Of a stretch of 62,234 nucleotides of DNA, positions 1 through 12,548 are shown one piece after another. Every line of letters starts with the position of its first letter. The first letter of the stretch is position 1. Below the pieces are notes generated by a model. The model was not told where the DNA came from. It saw nothing but the letters and a program-made list of their open reading frames with translations, and did no database searches. The DNA is from Octopus bimaculoides (taxonomy: Eukaryota): NCBI RefSeq assembly GCF_001194135.2, contig NC_068983.1, positions 30,372,140 to 30,434,373 of the forward strand, written 5' to 3'. A program made the translations under genes and the position numbers.

Positions 1-49
<49 letters not shown>

Positions 50-55
50 GTATTT
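1..55. repeat. (TA)n/(TATG)n microsatellite, internal to a family-A SINE
   Basis: Direct reading; leads straight into the SINE-A 3' half. Confidence 0.95.
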
Positions 56-223
56 GTGTGTCTGTGTTTATCCCCCCACCATCGTTTGAAAACTAGCGGT
101 TCGGCAAAAGAGAACGAAGAAATGAGTACTAGGCTTACAAAGAATAAATTCTGGGGTCGATTTGTTCGACTAAATGCAGTGCTCCAGCATGGCCACAGTC
201 AAATGACTGAAACAAGTGAAGGA
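50..223 (+). mobile_element. SINE family A, 3' half
   Basis: ccccaccatcg...ggttcggcaaaagag...ggggtcgatttgttcgacta...gctccagcatggcc(g)cagtcaaatgactgaaacaagt; the same sequence recurs about 10 times in the window. Confidence 0.85.
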
Positions 224-1036
224 ACTTCGTAGCCAAGTTCCCTCAACTTCTAGAGGGTCATTAGTGAAACTTGTGGTCGAACATTATCGTGAAGAATGAT
301 TGGCCCTCTTCTGTTGACCAGTCTGGGAGGAAGGAGTTGCAGTTTTTCGTTCATTTTGGCAATTTCATGGCAATATGTTTCTACAGTAATGGTTTTTCTG
401 GGTTTCAAGAAGTTATAGTGGATGAGTCCAGCAGGACATCACCAAACAGTCACTATAACCTTCTTGTTGAAGAGTTCGGGTTTAGAGAAGGTTTTCGGTG
501 ATTCGTTTGGCCCAACCACTGCGAAGAACGTTTATTATTATTGTACAGAAACCACTTTTCATCGTAAGTTACAATACAGTCGAGAAATGGATCGGTCTAA
601 TTACGGAGAAGCGACGAGCAAATTTCATATCTGCGCATTTTCTGATTTTCATTCAAACCGAATGGTACCTATTTGTCGATTCTTTTTGATTTTTCGATCG
701 CATGCAAATGGTTGCAAGCAGTTTTCTGGCTAACTTGAAGTTCTTTTATCAGTTCTCGAGTGGTTTTACGTGGATTTTTCTCAATGACGGTCTTTAATTG
801 ACCGTCATCGATGACAGATGGGCGTCTACTACGCTCACAATCTTCAAGGCTCAGGTCTCCACTGCAAAATCGTTTAAACCATTTTCGAGCTGACCACTCA
901 CTGATCATTTCCTCGTCAAACATTTCGTTCATATCGCGAGAAGTTTCAGCTGCTTTACGTTCTTTTTTGAGGTCGAATAGCAAAATTGCTCGAATATCGC
1001 GCTTTGACAGTTCCATTTCAAATGATTCTAACAACG
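224..1036 (-). pseudogene. Decayed mariner transposase (Hsmar1/SETMAR-like)
   Basis: ATG at 1016: MELSKRDIRAILLF...ARKWFKRFCSGDLSLEDCERSRRPS (HTH region), then IVTYDEKW (first catalytic D) and ILHDNVRPQ (second D). Several stops and frameshifts; C-terminus lost at the SINE. Confidence 0.9.
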
Positions 1037-1400
1037 ATTTCTTTATTACCCACAAGGGGCTAAACACAAAGGGTCAGCCTTAGACTTTCCCCCTCCTGAA
1101 ATAGCTCCCTGTGTCTTTCTAGCTTCTCGAGATCTATTGTCACCTTTCGTGCCACCAATGTGCTCGTATCGTTGGTTGCGCGACTACCCGCCGCCGACGC
1201 ATAGTTCCCGAGGTGTTCTGGTGAACACTCCATTTCAAAACTCTTTACCCTAAACTGGGGAAAAGAATAACAAACAAAAACCACAAGCCTGTAGGCGAAA
1301 CAGTAATAACAATCCAACAGTAAGAAGATCCAACAACGGTAACAATAATAACAGAGCAACAGTAGGCACACAGCCGCAAACACAATCACACTAGCAAGTT
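1037..1400 (-). mobile_element. Internally deleted Tx1-like mini-element (putative 5'UTR and ORF1 start fused to the LINE 3' tail)
   Basis: Reads MECSPEHLGNYASAAGSR...ELFQEGESL, then CCCTTTGTGTTTAGCCCCTTGTGGGTAATAAAGAAAT, homologous to the LINE end at 1418-1470. The ORF1 assignment is inference. Confidence 0.55.
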
Positions 1401-1417
1401 AGGAGATGATTGTAACA

Positions 1418-2935
1418 TATTTCTTTATTATTCCACACGGGGATTACACAGAGGGGGACATACAAGAACACTTACAATATAAAATCGGTGTTACAATCTG
1501 ATACTTTAAAAATAATATTACAATGAAATCGAATGATATGAATTTAAACATTAAATATTTTGGGGGAGTTCTGTACGAAATAAAATTTGGGGTTCTAATT
1601 AACCCGCCAGTTCCTTTTTTTCCCAATATTTTTTGTTTTTCCCCCTTTTTTCTTTCTATTCGCTTTTGACTGGCTACTCTAGCTCGGTGCCATTTGCTCG
1701 CAGCATCTTTACTACAGACATCCATCTTTTCGTAAATACTCTTTGGGACAGACACTTTCTCTCCAGACGGATTTTTCTTAGCAGGTGGTAGTTGAAATAA
1801 CTAACCAACCCGCATCTAGAGATGAAGTTGCGTGTTTCAATTCCTCTTCTACGCGTCGTTCATACTGTATCTTTCATATGGCTACTACGCAGAAAAAAAC
1901 ACGCCTCCCTTTCCTTCTTTCCTTATTTGAGGAGGAAGGCGGTACGATCTTGATGATGGAGTCAGCCGATAGCTGTACTCCTTCTGTATCCGACATCAGC
2001 TGTTCGACATAGGCTATCAGTCCCCTTAATTCCACAAATTGCACGAAGGCGTGCGGAACAGTTTCACTGTCCCGCCTGCACTTACGGCACGTGGGGGCGG
2101 GGATGCCAAAACCGTGCCTTGACACCTTCTCTCGACCAGGTAAAGCTGATTGGTAACACAACCAAGCCAGGGATTTCTGGAAGTTATCCAGAATGTCCTT
2201 CCGAACAGGTTGATTAACTAGTCTCTATCGAAGCCTAGAGTTTCCCCCAAGACGTCATCAGATTTGTATTCTACCAACCCGCTATAGAAATCTGCAGTGG
2301 TAGCTCCGCTGCCGGTATTATTCACCCGGGAGAGCAGAGTTTGTGCTTCTCTGCCCACCTTTTGCCATTCGCCCATTCTAGGTCTATGCCTGATCCATGA
2401 ACATAAGTACCGCAGGGGCATTAATTGCGGAAAAAGGAACTTAACGTGCGGTGGCCACACCTGTTCACTATCCAGGTAGAGCCAGAGATGCCTCAGCCTC
2501 AACGTAAATATGCGCATCATCAGCCACGGCACCCCTAACCCACCCTCTAACGGTTTTTGGTACCAGATAGAACACCTCACAAATGGTGGTTCCCCCTTCC
2601 ACAAAATGCGGAATAGGAGCTTGATCAGCCACAACTTGGGACAAGGCACGATGGTTAGGCGGTAGGTTATCACAGATGCTATAAACACCTGTGCAACATC
2701 CGCCATCCCTAGCAAGGATAACATCCTCCCAGACCAGGTCCGGGTCAGGGCAGTCACCTTGCCTGTGACTTCGCTCTAGTTTTTCTCTATCTGGAGATCT
2801 GGCCCAAAGCAGACTCCGAGAAGTTTAACCGGGCCCTCCGTCCAACGTTCTACGACGCTGTTGGGAGGCAACGACTTGCCTCTCCAGGTGTCGAGTTTCA
2901 AGTTGACTGATTTTTCCTGGTTAATTCAGGATCAG
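1418..2935 (-). mobile_element. 5'-truncated Tx1/L1-clade LINE (end of RT, C-terminal Cys/His knuckle, 3'UTR)
   Basis: KINQEKS...KLLGVCFGP; WSGRMLSLLG...SVITYRL...FRILWKG...QKPLEGGLGVPWL; TCRKCRRDSETVPHAF; ends in AATAAAGAAATA. Contains stops and frameshifts. Confidence 0.85.
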
Positions 2936-3463
2936 CACTGCAAGTTACGACGCTTCGTAAACGAATACATCTGTAAACAATGCGATCGAACATAGAAAAA
3001 AAATAGGTAATGGGTGTACATGCATATTTCAAGAATTATTGCTCTCTCATCAGCACCACATCCAACCACGATCACTTTGCTTAAATTCTCACTAAGTTTA
3101 GCGGTGTAACACAACTGGATAGACTAATTTACATATTAAACACATTCCTGGCAACTGGTACGAACGTTTTAATTGCTGGTAAGGATACAGTACATCATTT
3201 TGAAAATCTGATATATTAAAGGTTTACAAGTTAATATTGTGCCTTACAATTTCGTAGCAGTGCGATGTATTCACTTCTAAGTTTATCTCTATAGAGTTCC
3301 TATAGAATTCAAGGACAATACTGCAAAAGTTACGACGTTTCGTAAACGAATACCGCTATATATGTAATGCTATCAAATCAAAAATAGGAAATGGGTGTAT
3401 GCATGCACCATGTTTTCCAGCAATGACTCGCCTGTCAATCTTTTCTAGAAAGATTAATGTTGA

Positions 3464-3908
<445 letters not shown>

Positions 3909-4193
3909 TTAGGGACAAAATCCAAAATTACAGGTAAAAAACTCAATTAAAATCAATTTATAAAAAATTAAAATTAAATTGAGCCTTATAGATAAAGTAT
4001 ATATAAAATATATATAGTTTTAGGGAAAATAACCAATTTTCAAGAACTCATCGATGAAAATCCACTATCACATATAGAAAAATTAATATTAAAAGCACAA
4101 TAAATGAGTATAATATAAAGTAAAGTAAATATCATAAGATAAATATAATATAATAAATATAATATAATAAATATAATATATATATATATATAT

Positions 4194-4250
4194 GCGGTGC
4201 TCCAGCATGGTCGCAGTCAAAAGACTGAAACAAGTAAAAGAGTAAAAGAG
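4194..4250 (+). mobile_element. SINE family A tail (5'-truncated)
   Basis: gcggtgctccagcatggtcgcagtcaaaagactgaaacaagtaaaagagtaaaagag. Confidence 0.8.
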
Positions 4251-4504
4251 AATATATTCCCGCACAGATATACTTGTATATTTCCATCTACGGATTGAGA
4301 AAATTAAATGTGAACAGAAATTCTCATTTCACGCCTAATTTGAAAATTCATCTAACTTACGTCGTATCAACAGATCTTCAATGAAATAATTTTGATGTAT
4401 ACTTATGCTTACGCGAGCGTGTGTGTCTGTATGCATATGTACATGCGTATTTTCATATATTAGCACGAGCTTATATATATATTTATGGATATATATACTT
4501 AAGT

Positions 4505-4935
4505 TTCATGTGTATCGTCGTCAAACCAAGGCTTTGAAAAGACTCCATGAAATTTGCCTTTGGAGGATCTTAAACATCATACTCCGTTGTTCTTCAGCAA
4601 GCCAACACATCCAATTTTGAAATGCTCCTCATAAGCAATTAGATGTGTTGGGATGGAAAACTTTACTAAGAAGTAGGATGACAGGTTACCTGAGCAGCTG
4701 TTTCGCAACCTAGTAAACGTCCGAGACAGAAACCTAAGAAAAGTTTAAGAGTTGCCGTCCAAGCAACCTCATGGCTCTTAGTGAGAATATTAAAGACTGG
4801 GAGCAGATGATAGAAAATCGATCTGTTTGGAAAAATGTAACCTACAATGGCATTTGAAACACGGACAATCGAACAATCCATCTTGAAATGAGCATTCGTA
4901 AACAAGACGACTTCAATCCCAGACACTTTTCTGCT
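4505..4935 (+). mobile_element. Decayed RTE-clade LINE 3' fragment
   Basis: YRRQTKALKRLHEICLWRILNI, DDRLPEQLF, RPRQKPKK and WEQMIENRSVWK match the RTE/BovB post-RT consensus across frameshifts. Confidence 0.75.
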
Positions 4936-5093
4936 TGAAAATGCTTGTGACATCTGCAGTAGGGTCTATTTGTTTAAAGATAGACTTTCAGGTCATTTGA
5001 GATTGGTTGACAGCATTTAATAATTGAAGAGTTGGTCTTCTCAAAAGAAGTTGCAGTCACCATAATTTTGTCTGTCTGTCTGCCTTGTAAATA

Positions 5094-5185
<92 letters not shown>

Positions 5186-5362
5186 GCACGAATAGCTTGG
5201 TTGCTTCTTCTGACTATTGGTTCCTTGCAGAAAAATCTGTATTTATTTAATCAAAGTTCGAAGAACGAGTGACACTTTGCCATTGAATCTGAGGTGAGTG
5301 GCATGTGAAACCTTAGATGGTACGAGATATGAATAACATCGAATTAGTTATGCATAAATATA

Positions 5363-5732
5363 CGACGGCACTCCGTCGGTTACGACGTCGAGGGTTCCAG
5401 TTGATCCAATCAACAAAACAGCCTGCTCGTGAAATTAACGTGCAAGTGGCTGAGCACTCCATAGACACGTGTACCTTTAACGTAGTTCTCGGGAATATTC
5501 AGCGTGACACAGAGTGTGACAAGGCCGGCCCTTTGAATTACAGGTACAACAGAAACAGGAAGAAAGAGTGAGAGAAAGTTGTGGTGAAAGCGCACAGCAG
5601 AGTTCGCTACCACCCCCTGCCGGAGCCTCGTGGAACTTTAAGCATTTTTGCTAAATAGACACTCACAACGCCCGGTCTGGGAATCGAAACCACGAGTCCG
5701 CTGCCGTAACCACTGGGCCATTGAACCTCCAC
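5363..5732 (-). mobile_element. tRNA-derived SINE family C, near full length
   Basis: Head ggaggttcaatggcccagtggtt...ggtttcgattccc (A/B-box-like); homologous to 17827-18460; 11-bp TSD gcataaatata at 5352-5362 and 5733-5743. Confidence 0.9.
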
Positions 5733-6852
5733 GCATAAATATATAAGGAATATGTAATGAATATATAAAGGGAAGCAATCATCCAGGGTCAGTATTATTG
5801 GTTACTTCCCTTGTAATAAACTTCGGATATGATAAATGCAGCAGCATATTTTTATAACTGTAATCGGAGGCACCGAATTCCCTAAATAAACAAACCTTGA
5901 AACATTTATAGAGCACAGTTCCATCACATGTAAACTCACACATGGCAACAATCCAGCAACAAATGTTAAAGCTATAATACACATATTTCTGGTTATGTAT
6001 GTGTGCATGCGTGCGTTTACGTTGTACATAAATATGTGTATATATCTACGTGTATTCTTAATGCATACATATGCATAGTTATGTACATTTATATATGAAT
6101 ATCCGTACGCTTATTTATGTATATTTATGTGTAAATGTGCGTATGCGCGTATGCATATTTAAAGTCATTGGTTCTAATAATCATTTTACTGCATTTATCA
6201 TATTCCAAGTTTATTACAAAGGAAAAATTCCACAATACCATGGTTCTTGGATGTTGCTTCCCTTTATATATTCATCATATATTCCATAAATTCTTTATAG
6301 ATTGATGCATAACTTATTCTATATTATTAATATCACATGCCATCTGTGATTTAGCATAACACTTTCATCCTTTTCAATAGAAGAGTAGCATTCGTGTTTC
6401 AAAAGTCAGGTTGAATAAATGAAGATTTTCCTACAGGAAACCAATGGTGCCGGAGAATCCATAAAACACTCTTAAAAAGAATTATTTAATCTATCTACCT
6501 GTCCTGTGTTGAGTAATCATTCTTTCAGTCCGTTACTAACATGTGCATACGCGCTCGCGTGTGTGTGTGTGAATGTGTGTGGTGTGCGTGCATGTGCACT
6601 TATGTATGAGTACGCGTTGAATGCATCTGCCGACTGATGCATATGATTATGTATATGATTGGGTGTGATGTATAACCTGTTGATATCTCACAGTCTTTCT
6701 CTCTTTCACTCGTCTTTGCCTTTCCTCTTATCACTCTTCAGCATCCTCTCACATAGACGTAAAGCACACCTTTTGCTTTTTTCCTAGTTACACATTTTTC
6801 TCTCTGTAGCCTCCTCCCGCGCATTATGGAGGTGTCGATCTATTTCTGGATG

Positions 6853-7010
6853 TATATACATACGTACATATATTTATGTATATACACATGCATATATATA
6901 TGTATTTACACATGCATATATATGTATATATATATATATTTATGCATATACTCATGCACACATATATATGTATATACACATGCATATATATATATATATA
7001 TCTACATACA

Positions 7011-7060
<50 letters not shown>

Positions 7061-7345
7061 NNNNNNNNNNNNNNNNNNNNNNNNNNNNNNNNNNNNNNNN
7101 NNNNNNNNNNNNNNNNNNNNNNNNNNNNNNNNNNNNNNNNNNNNNNNNNNNNNNNNNNNNNNNNNNNNNNNNNNNNNNNNNNNNNNNNNNNNNNNNNNNN
7201 NNTGTATATACACATGCATATATATATGTATTTACACATGCATATATATGTATATATATATATATTTATGCATATACTCATGCACACATATATATGTATA
7301 TACACATGCATATATATATATATATATCTACATACATGCATATAT
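6853..7345. repeat. AT-rich compound microsatellite, duplicated across an N-gap
   Basis: About 140 nt before the gap (from ~6890) is repeated at 7203-7345. Confidence 0.85.
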
Positions 7346-7495
7346 GGGTACAGGACATCACCAACGGTGCAAATAGCATGAAATAGTAAACAAACGAGGG
7401 AAAAACGAGTGAAATACGTAAACAACGAGAGAAGAAAGGAAAACAGGACAAGTAAACACCGGGAAGGGCCCTTCATCAGTTGTCGGCTGTCTAAG
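7345..7495. mobile_element. Dispersed repeat terminus, possibly Penelope-like
   Basis: gtacaggacatcaccaac...aaacaggacaagtaaacac...cttcatcagttgtcggctgtcta; a second copy lies at 19370-19535. Classification is inference. Confidence 0.55.
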
Positions 7496-8799
7496 TAAAT
7501 ATGCATATGTATACATCCATACACACTCACACACACGCACATATATATATGCGTGTATACATATACATACAAACATATGTACACACACACACACGTGGGC
7601 ACACAAACGCGCATATGCACACACAGGCATGCACACATACGCGCGTGCACGCACACATATTTCTGTATATGAAATTTGAATATATTTATTCATGTACGTA
7701 CGTGAGTGATGTTCGACAGTAAATTGAAAATAGTCGATCGAAATATCTTTGTCGAAATTTCTTTAACGAAAAACAACTGATAGAGGTACTAAAAAATATC
7801 TGTATTCTGCAAAGCGTCTTAAAAAGTTTACTTAAATTTTCCCTATGTACAACCATAGAGTCGACCATTTATATGCAGTTGTCCATAATGGAATGGAATT
7901 ATCACGAAATTTTATAATTTTATTCAGCTGCTAATTGATTTTATGTACAGTAAAAACATTACTTCTATTTCCAAATATTGATTCAAATACTACATATTTA
8001 GAACCAGCAATGATCACAGCCATACAATACCATTAACATAAATTAAATAGATATCTATGCACCATATGTAATGTATACATACAGTTGATAGGCCAGTTAT
8101 GCAAACATATTTCCCTGTTTACATTCGGTTCGAACATATTTTTATTTATATTCATTCGTCTCAATAAAACATTTTTTCGAGAGATGAATATAAACTATGC
8201 TTTGCACTTCGAACCGTTTAAATACCTTTCCAATCGGTGATTCCTGTCCATATTACATCATTTTCATTGTTTTTCAAATAACTTTTTAAATGTGATATGC
8301 TTTAATTTCTTCAATAATCCGTGCTGTCTCTTCTCTACCTATCACCTTCGCCTCTAATCTTTCTTCCACTTTTATTCCCCCTATTTTGTTTTATAAATTT
8401 TATTTCTATATTTTTTAATACTTTATTATATTGTTCTGAAATATTGTGCTTTCATTTCTGTCTGATTATCTGTCTCTTTAATTATTCTGTCATTTACTCC
8501 TCCCCACCCATTTCTCCTCCTCCTCCTCCTCCTCCTCNNNNNNNNNNNNNNNNNNNNNNNNNNNNNNNNNNNNNNNNNNNNNNNNNNNNNNNNNNNNNTT
8601 CTTTCTGTCTCATTGTGCATCGCGTTCTTTACACATTGTCTGCCACTAAACGAAGTATGATCACATCCTACACCTCTTATGTTAACTCTCTCTGCATCAC
8701 TCTTTCACTCCCTCCCCTTCTCTCGCTACACTGTAAAGCGTGAGCGAAGAAATCAACCAACCAACCAACCAGCCAACCAATCACCCAGTGTTTATATCG

Positions 8800-8975
8800 G
8801 CAATTATCATATAGAGATTACTCACTGAACTAAGGTGCCTTGCTGTATTTAGTTTCGTCCCTCTAAATTTTGAGTTTAAATCCTGCCGAGATCGACATTA
8901 CATTTCTTCAATCTGGGCTCGGTAAAGTAAGTACCACTCAAATACTGGCATCAATTTATCGACTGTTCTCTTTCC
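8800..8975 (+). mobile_element. Degenerate SINE family B
   Basis: ttttgagtttaaatcctgccgagatcgac...gtaagtacc...atcgact aligns to the family-B body. Confidence 0.6.
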
Positions 8976-9175
8976 CAAAATGTGTATCGTTGTGCATATC
9001 TTAAAATCATTATTACTCACCCGGGCAGCAACTCATCACCCATTCATATTGGGTGTACGTGACAGAGGCTCCAGAAAACAAGCAGATATCAATAGCATGG
9101 AAAAAAGCAAATGTTAGCCATTTATTGTTGTGATACGTGCACAAACTGATTTTTCTTTTATTTATCAAATTTCAG

Positions 9176-9310
9176 GTAGGCTTGGTGACTTGTGTTCTTC
9201 AAACATCGACTGTTCCAGTGCTATGACAAATTCTAAGTGTTCACCCCGGGGACACTGTATTTGTAAAATGGGTTATATCCCAAGACTTAATCTAACAGGA
9301 TGTTCAGCAA
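9176..9310 (+). CDS. Internal coding exon encoding a 6-Cys EB/EGF-like module of a secreted or membrane protein (partial gene)
   Basis: Pyrimidine tract and tttcag acceptor (AG at 9174-9175); donor gtaagt at 9311; 135 nt, phase 1-1. Translation (G)RLGDLCSSNIDCSSAMTNSKCSPRGHCICKMGYIPRLNLTGCSA shows the LGxxC...C...NSxC...CxCxxGY...C pattern. Confidence 0.88.
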
Positions 9311-9559
9311 GTAAGTGATATCTTTTTTATAAATTCATTTAATTTCTTTTCACTTTCTTCACAGTAGTCTGAATGCATAACGTACTTCTTCAAGTATGTT
9401 TTTGAAGAAAGTTCAGGCTACTCCAGAGAAACTCGAAATCATCATGCTTGGAATACAATTTGAATTGTTTTGCGTCAACAAGACAGAATTCTTCTACCAA
9501 AACTACTCAACCGAAACGGGATCTCCATATCTGTTACTCACTTTGCCTTCAACTTTACA

Positions 9560-11050
9560 CTGCGCATTCTCAATAAAACACTTTCCAGTCTCACCTCCTT
9601 CGAATTCCCTGTTTATAACGCATACGCAATTGCTAAGGGCCATAACTCCTCCGATCACTCCAACCTGAAAAGCATCAGTCTTAACGGTGCCTTTTCCTGT
9701 ACCCTCACACGACACGTTCCTACCTCGCTAAATTGTATATAATTTCCCTCCATCTTTACAAGTCTATCCCAGTTTTAAATACACAATTCAATATGCCCAA
9801 TTCAGCTATAAGGCGTCTTCACTGACCCACCAAACTATTAACCTATCGTTCAGCAGTCATTAGGAAACAATTGTCAGTAATCACCCTCTTCATCACCTCG
9901 AATCTCCCTCCCACCTCAGTGACCGCCTGTATGGCTTCCTTTTGAACGAAATCTACCGTAGACTTGCTCTATATTACACGCCAGAAGTTTTATAGACTTT
10001 GGCGAAAGCTATATTGTCGTGACAATAACAAGACTTTCGATTATGTCTGGCATGAGAAACTCCTTGCTAAATTTTCAGCCGCCTATGATAGATGCTCATC
10101 TCATATCTTGGAGCGTGAACTTATCACTCAGTTTTATTTCATTGATTGTCGACGGAGCTCTCTTCTATTCCCACAGAACCAACTAGTCTATGGTTATATC
10201 TTTCATTCTTCTTCCTTACATAACAGATCCACTTGCTGTCACTTTTAATTGTACACAGCACTACATAAAGGATTTCATTCTCCAGCCTTCCCCAACCTTT
10301 AACAAAGAGCATCCTTCACACACAATCTAATCACCTCATGCCAAGGTCTAAACTGTGAATGATATGGAGAACAGGATTTAACGGAGGCACGACAACACAA
10401 TGCCGTCCAACAGTGCAAATATGCAATCACTAATCATATGCACAACTGCCTCTTATCTCACTCTGACTACTCAAGAACAACAAGTAAAGCAACGTTAATG
10501 TAAAACTTTCAAAGATTGCCTCAAATGCTTAAGCTTGCAATCTTTGATGATCTCACATTGTTACCACATTTATAAGACATTGTCAATACTGGATTACCCT
10601 CACAAAATAAACAACAACAAAGAAAGAAAAGGAACTAGGATTTATCAGTTACAAAGTTTAAACACCATAGTAGAGTACTATTAACATTTATTGCACTCTG
10701 CTGCTGTTGTTAGGCTCTCATCAGTCCTAGATAACACATTCAAATGAAAAGAATGCTACTGAGTAGCAATAATTCATTCATCACGCTTTAATCTTATTTC
10801 AGAGCCGAAGAACTTTCTCTCTATAACCCTCCGTCGATACGACATTGGTCTCTGTTCTAAAATATTACTATTTTTCCTACCTTATTTATCCTCATCTACA
10901 TGACCTACTCGTTTCTCCTCATCCTGCCCCTCGTACCGTATTTTGTCTTCTGTTATCAACTTCACAAAATCATTCCTCCCCAGAACTGCAACCCCCACCT
11001 AGGAATTCTTTCCCTCTTCAAATTTTTCCTGTAAACTTAGACTAACAGAT
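9560..11050 (+). mobile_element. Highly decayed CR1/L2-like LINE (RT and 3' part, interrupted at about 10430-10780)
   Basis: Across frameshifts YGF...STVDLLYIT...NNKTFDYVWHEKLLAKF resembles QYGFR..RST.DLL...DISKAFD.VWH..LL.KL; C-terminal-like sequence at 10790-11050. Confidence 0.65.
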
Positions 11051-11719
11051 GTTCATATTGAACGGCAACCAGTATGGGAGAGACGCATTTAAAGGACCAG
11101 CGCGTTTACTGTCTTTCCTTATTAACTTATAAAAAAAAAAATAAACTGTCATCATATTTTAATGGTAAGTTACTAATTCGATCCGGATGTGATAAATTTT
11201 CAATTTTAGCTTATATCCATCTACAGTATTTTTACCATCCAGAAAACAATCTATGTACGTCATATAGAGGGTGTGGTAAAAATGACCTCTCACATTTTAC
11301 AGGCTGATAGAAGTTTCAAAAGCAAATACATAATATGCACCGCTAGAAACCATGGTAATAACTACGATAAAAAGACTATGAAACATTAGCTACATGAAGA
11401 TACGATTATCACCTGCCTAACTTTATTAGCACTACAACAAAAAAACCATGTAAAATATGGAAGGTTTTTCTGCTGCAGCCTGCATCATCATTTTTCGTCA
11501 TATTTCGTCTTGCGCATATGTTTTGTTTTCTTTTCTCTCTGTTCTGCATTACTGCACATGCCGCAATCAACTCAGTAATAATATTTAAACTTAGATTAAG
11601 CTTGAGACACATCATACTAAATAAAGAAACGATATTTTAGAAGATAAAACTCGAAAAGCGTTTAAAAGCAAAAGTAAACATAACCACAGTTGCTGTAAAT
11701 TGGAATCTACATGATGGAT

Positions 11720-11750
<31 letters not shown>

Positions 11751-11842
11751 ATTTAAAAAAAGGCTATAAGTCAATGAAGTAGAAGGAAAATCTACAGAGA
11801 TTTTAGCAGAGAGTTACGAAAAACAAAACTAAGCTAATATTT

Positions 11843-11965
11843 GTTTCAAATTTTGGTACAAGGCCAGCAATTTCGGAACGAAGTAAGTCGATTACATCGA
11901 TTCCTGTGCTTAACTGTTACCCCCAAAGGATGAAGGGCAAAGGATGAAGGGCAAATTAATTCAAG
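11843..11965 (-). mobile_element. SINE family B 3' fragment (tail type 2)
   Basis: tttcaaattttggtacaaggccagcaatt...aagtcgattacatcga. Confidence 0.75.
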
Positions 11966-12351
11966 GAAGGCAGTAGATTGCCAGAATAATTTGGAGATTC
12001 GGACCAGAGTCTTGTTTAGCTTCAGGTGAACATTAACCAAGCAAACCTTTAGCAAATGGATACCACCCGTGACCATCTCGTTTTTTTTCCAGACATATAC
12101 AGGCTATATTATCAAATGAAACCTGTTCTTATATGATACGGTAGATTGTAATATGAAAGAGACTTAGCTGCTATTTTTAAAGCAAGTCGAGCAACGATGT
12201 ATCTTTTTACATTGCCTCGCATGACTTGCTGTATTTTAACTGCTATATTTTGTTTGAGTTCAAATCTCAAGGTCAACTTATTTATTATCCTCCTAAGGGT
12301 CAATTAAAATATATTACTCTCATCTAAATATATTAATATCAAATTAATATC

Positions 12352-12548
12352 GGCGGCGAGCTGGTGAATCGTTAGCACGCTGAGCAAAAAGCTAAGCAGC
12401 AATTTTTCTGACTTTATGTTCTGGTTCAAATGTCACCGAGGCCAACATTGTTTTTCATCCTTTCGAGGTAGATGGAGCATTGGGGTTGGTGTAATCGACT
12501 AGCCCTCTTTCTTCAAGTTTCAGACCTCGTGCCTATAGTAGAAAGAAT
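12352..12548 (+). mobile_element. SINE family B (tail type 3)
   Basis: ggcggcgagctggtgaatcgttagcacg...ggttcaaat...tttcatcctttcgagg...gtgcctatagtagaaaga. Confidence 0.8.

Noticed and set aside
5790-5990. FVYLGNS motif suggesting an RTE RT fragment on the minus strand
   Set aside because: A single short motif without supporting flanking similarity.
7470-7495. CTGATGA on the minus strand (also about 19490-19500) as a hammerhead
   Set aside because: No stem II followed by GAAA downstream; the nearby GAAA is upstream and cannot close stem III.
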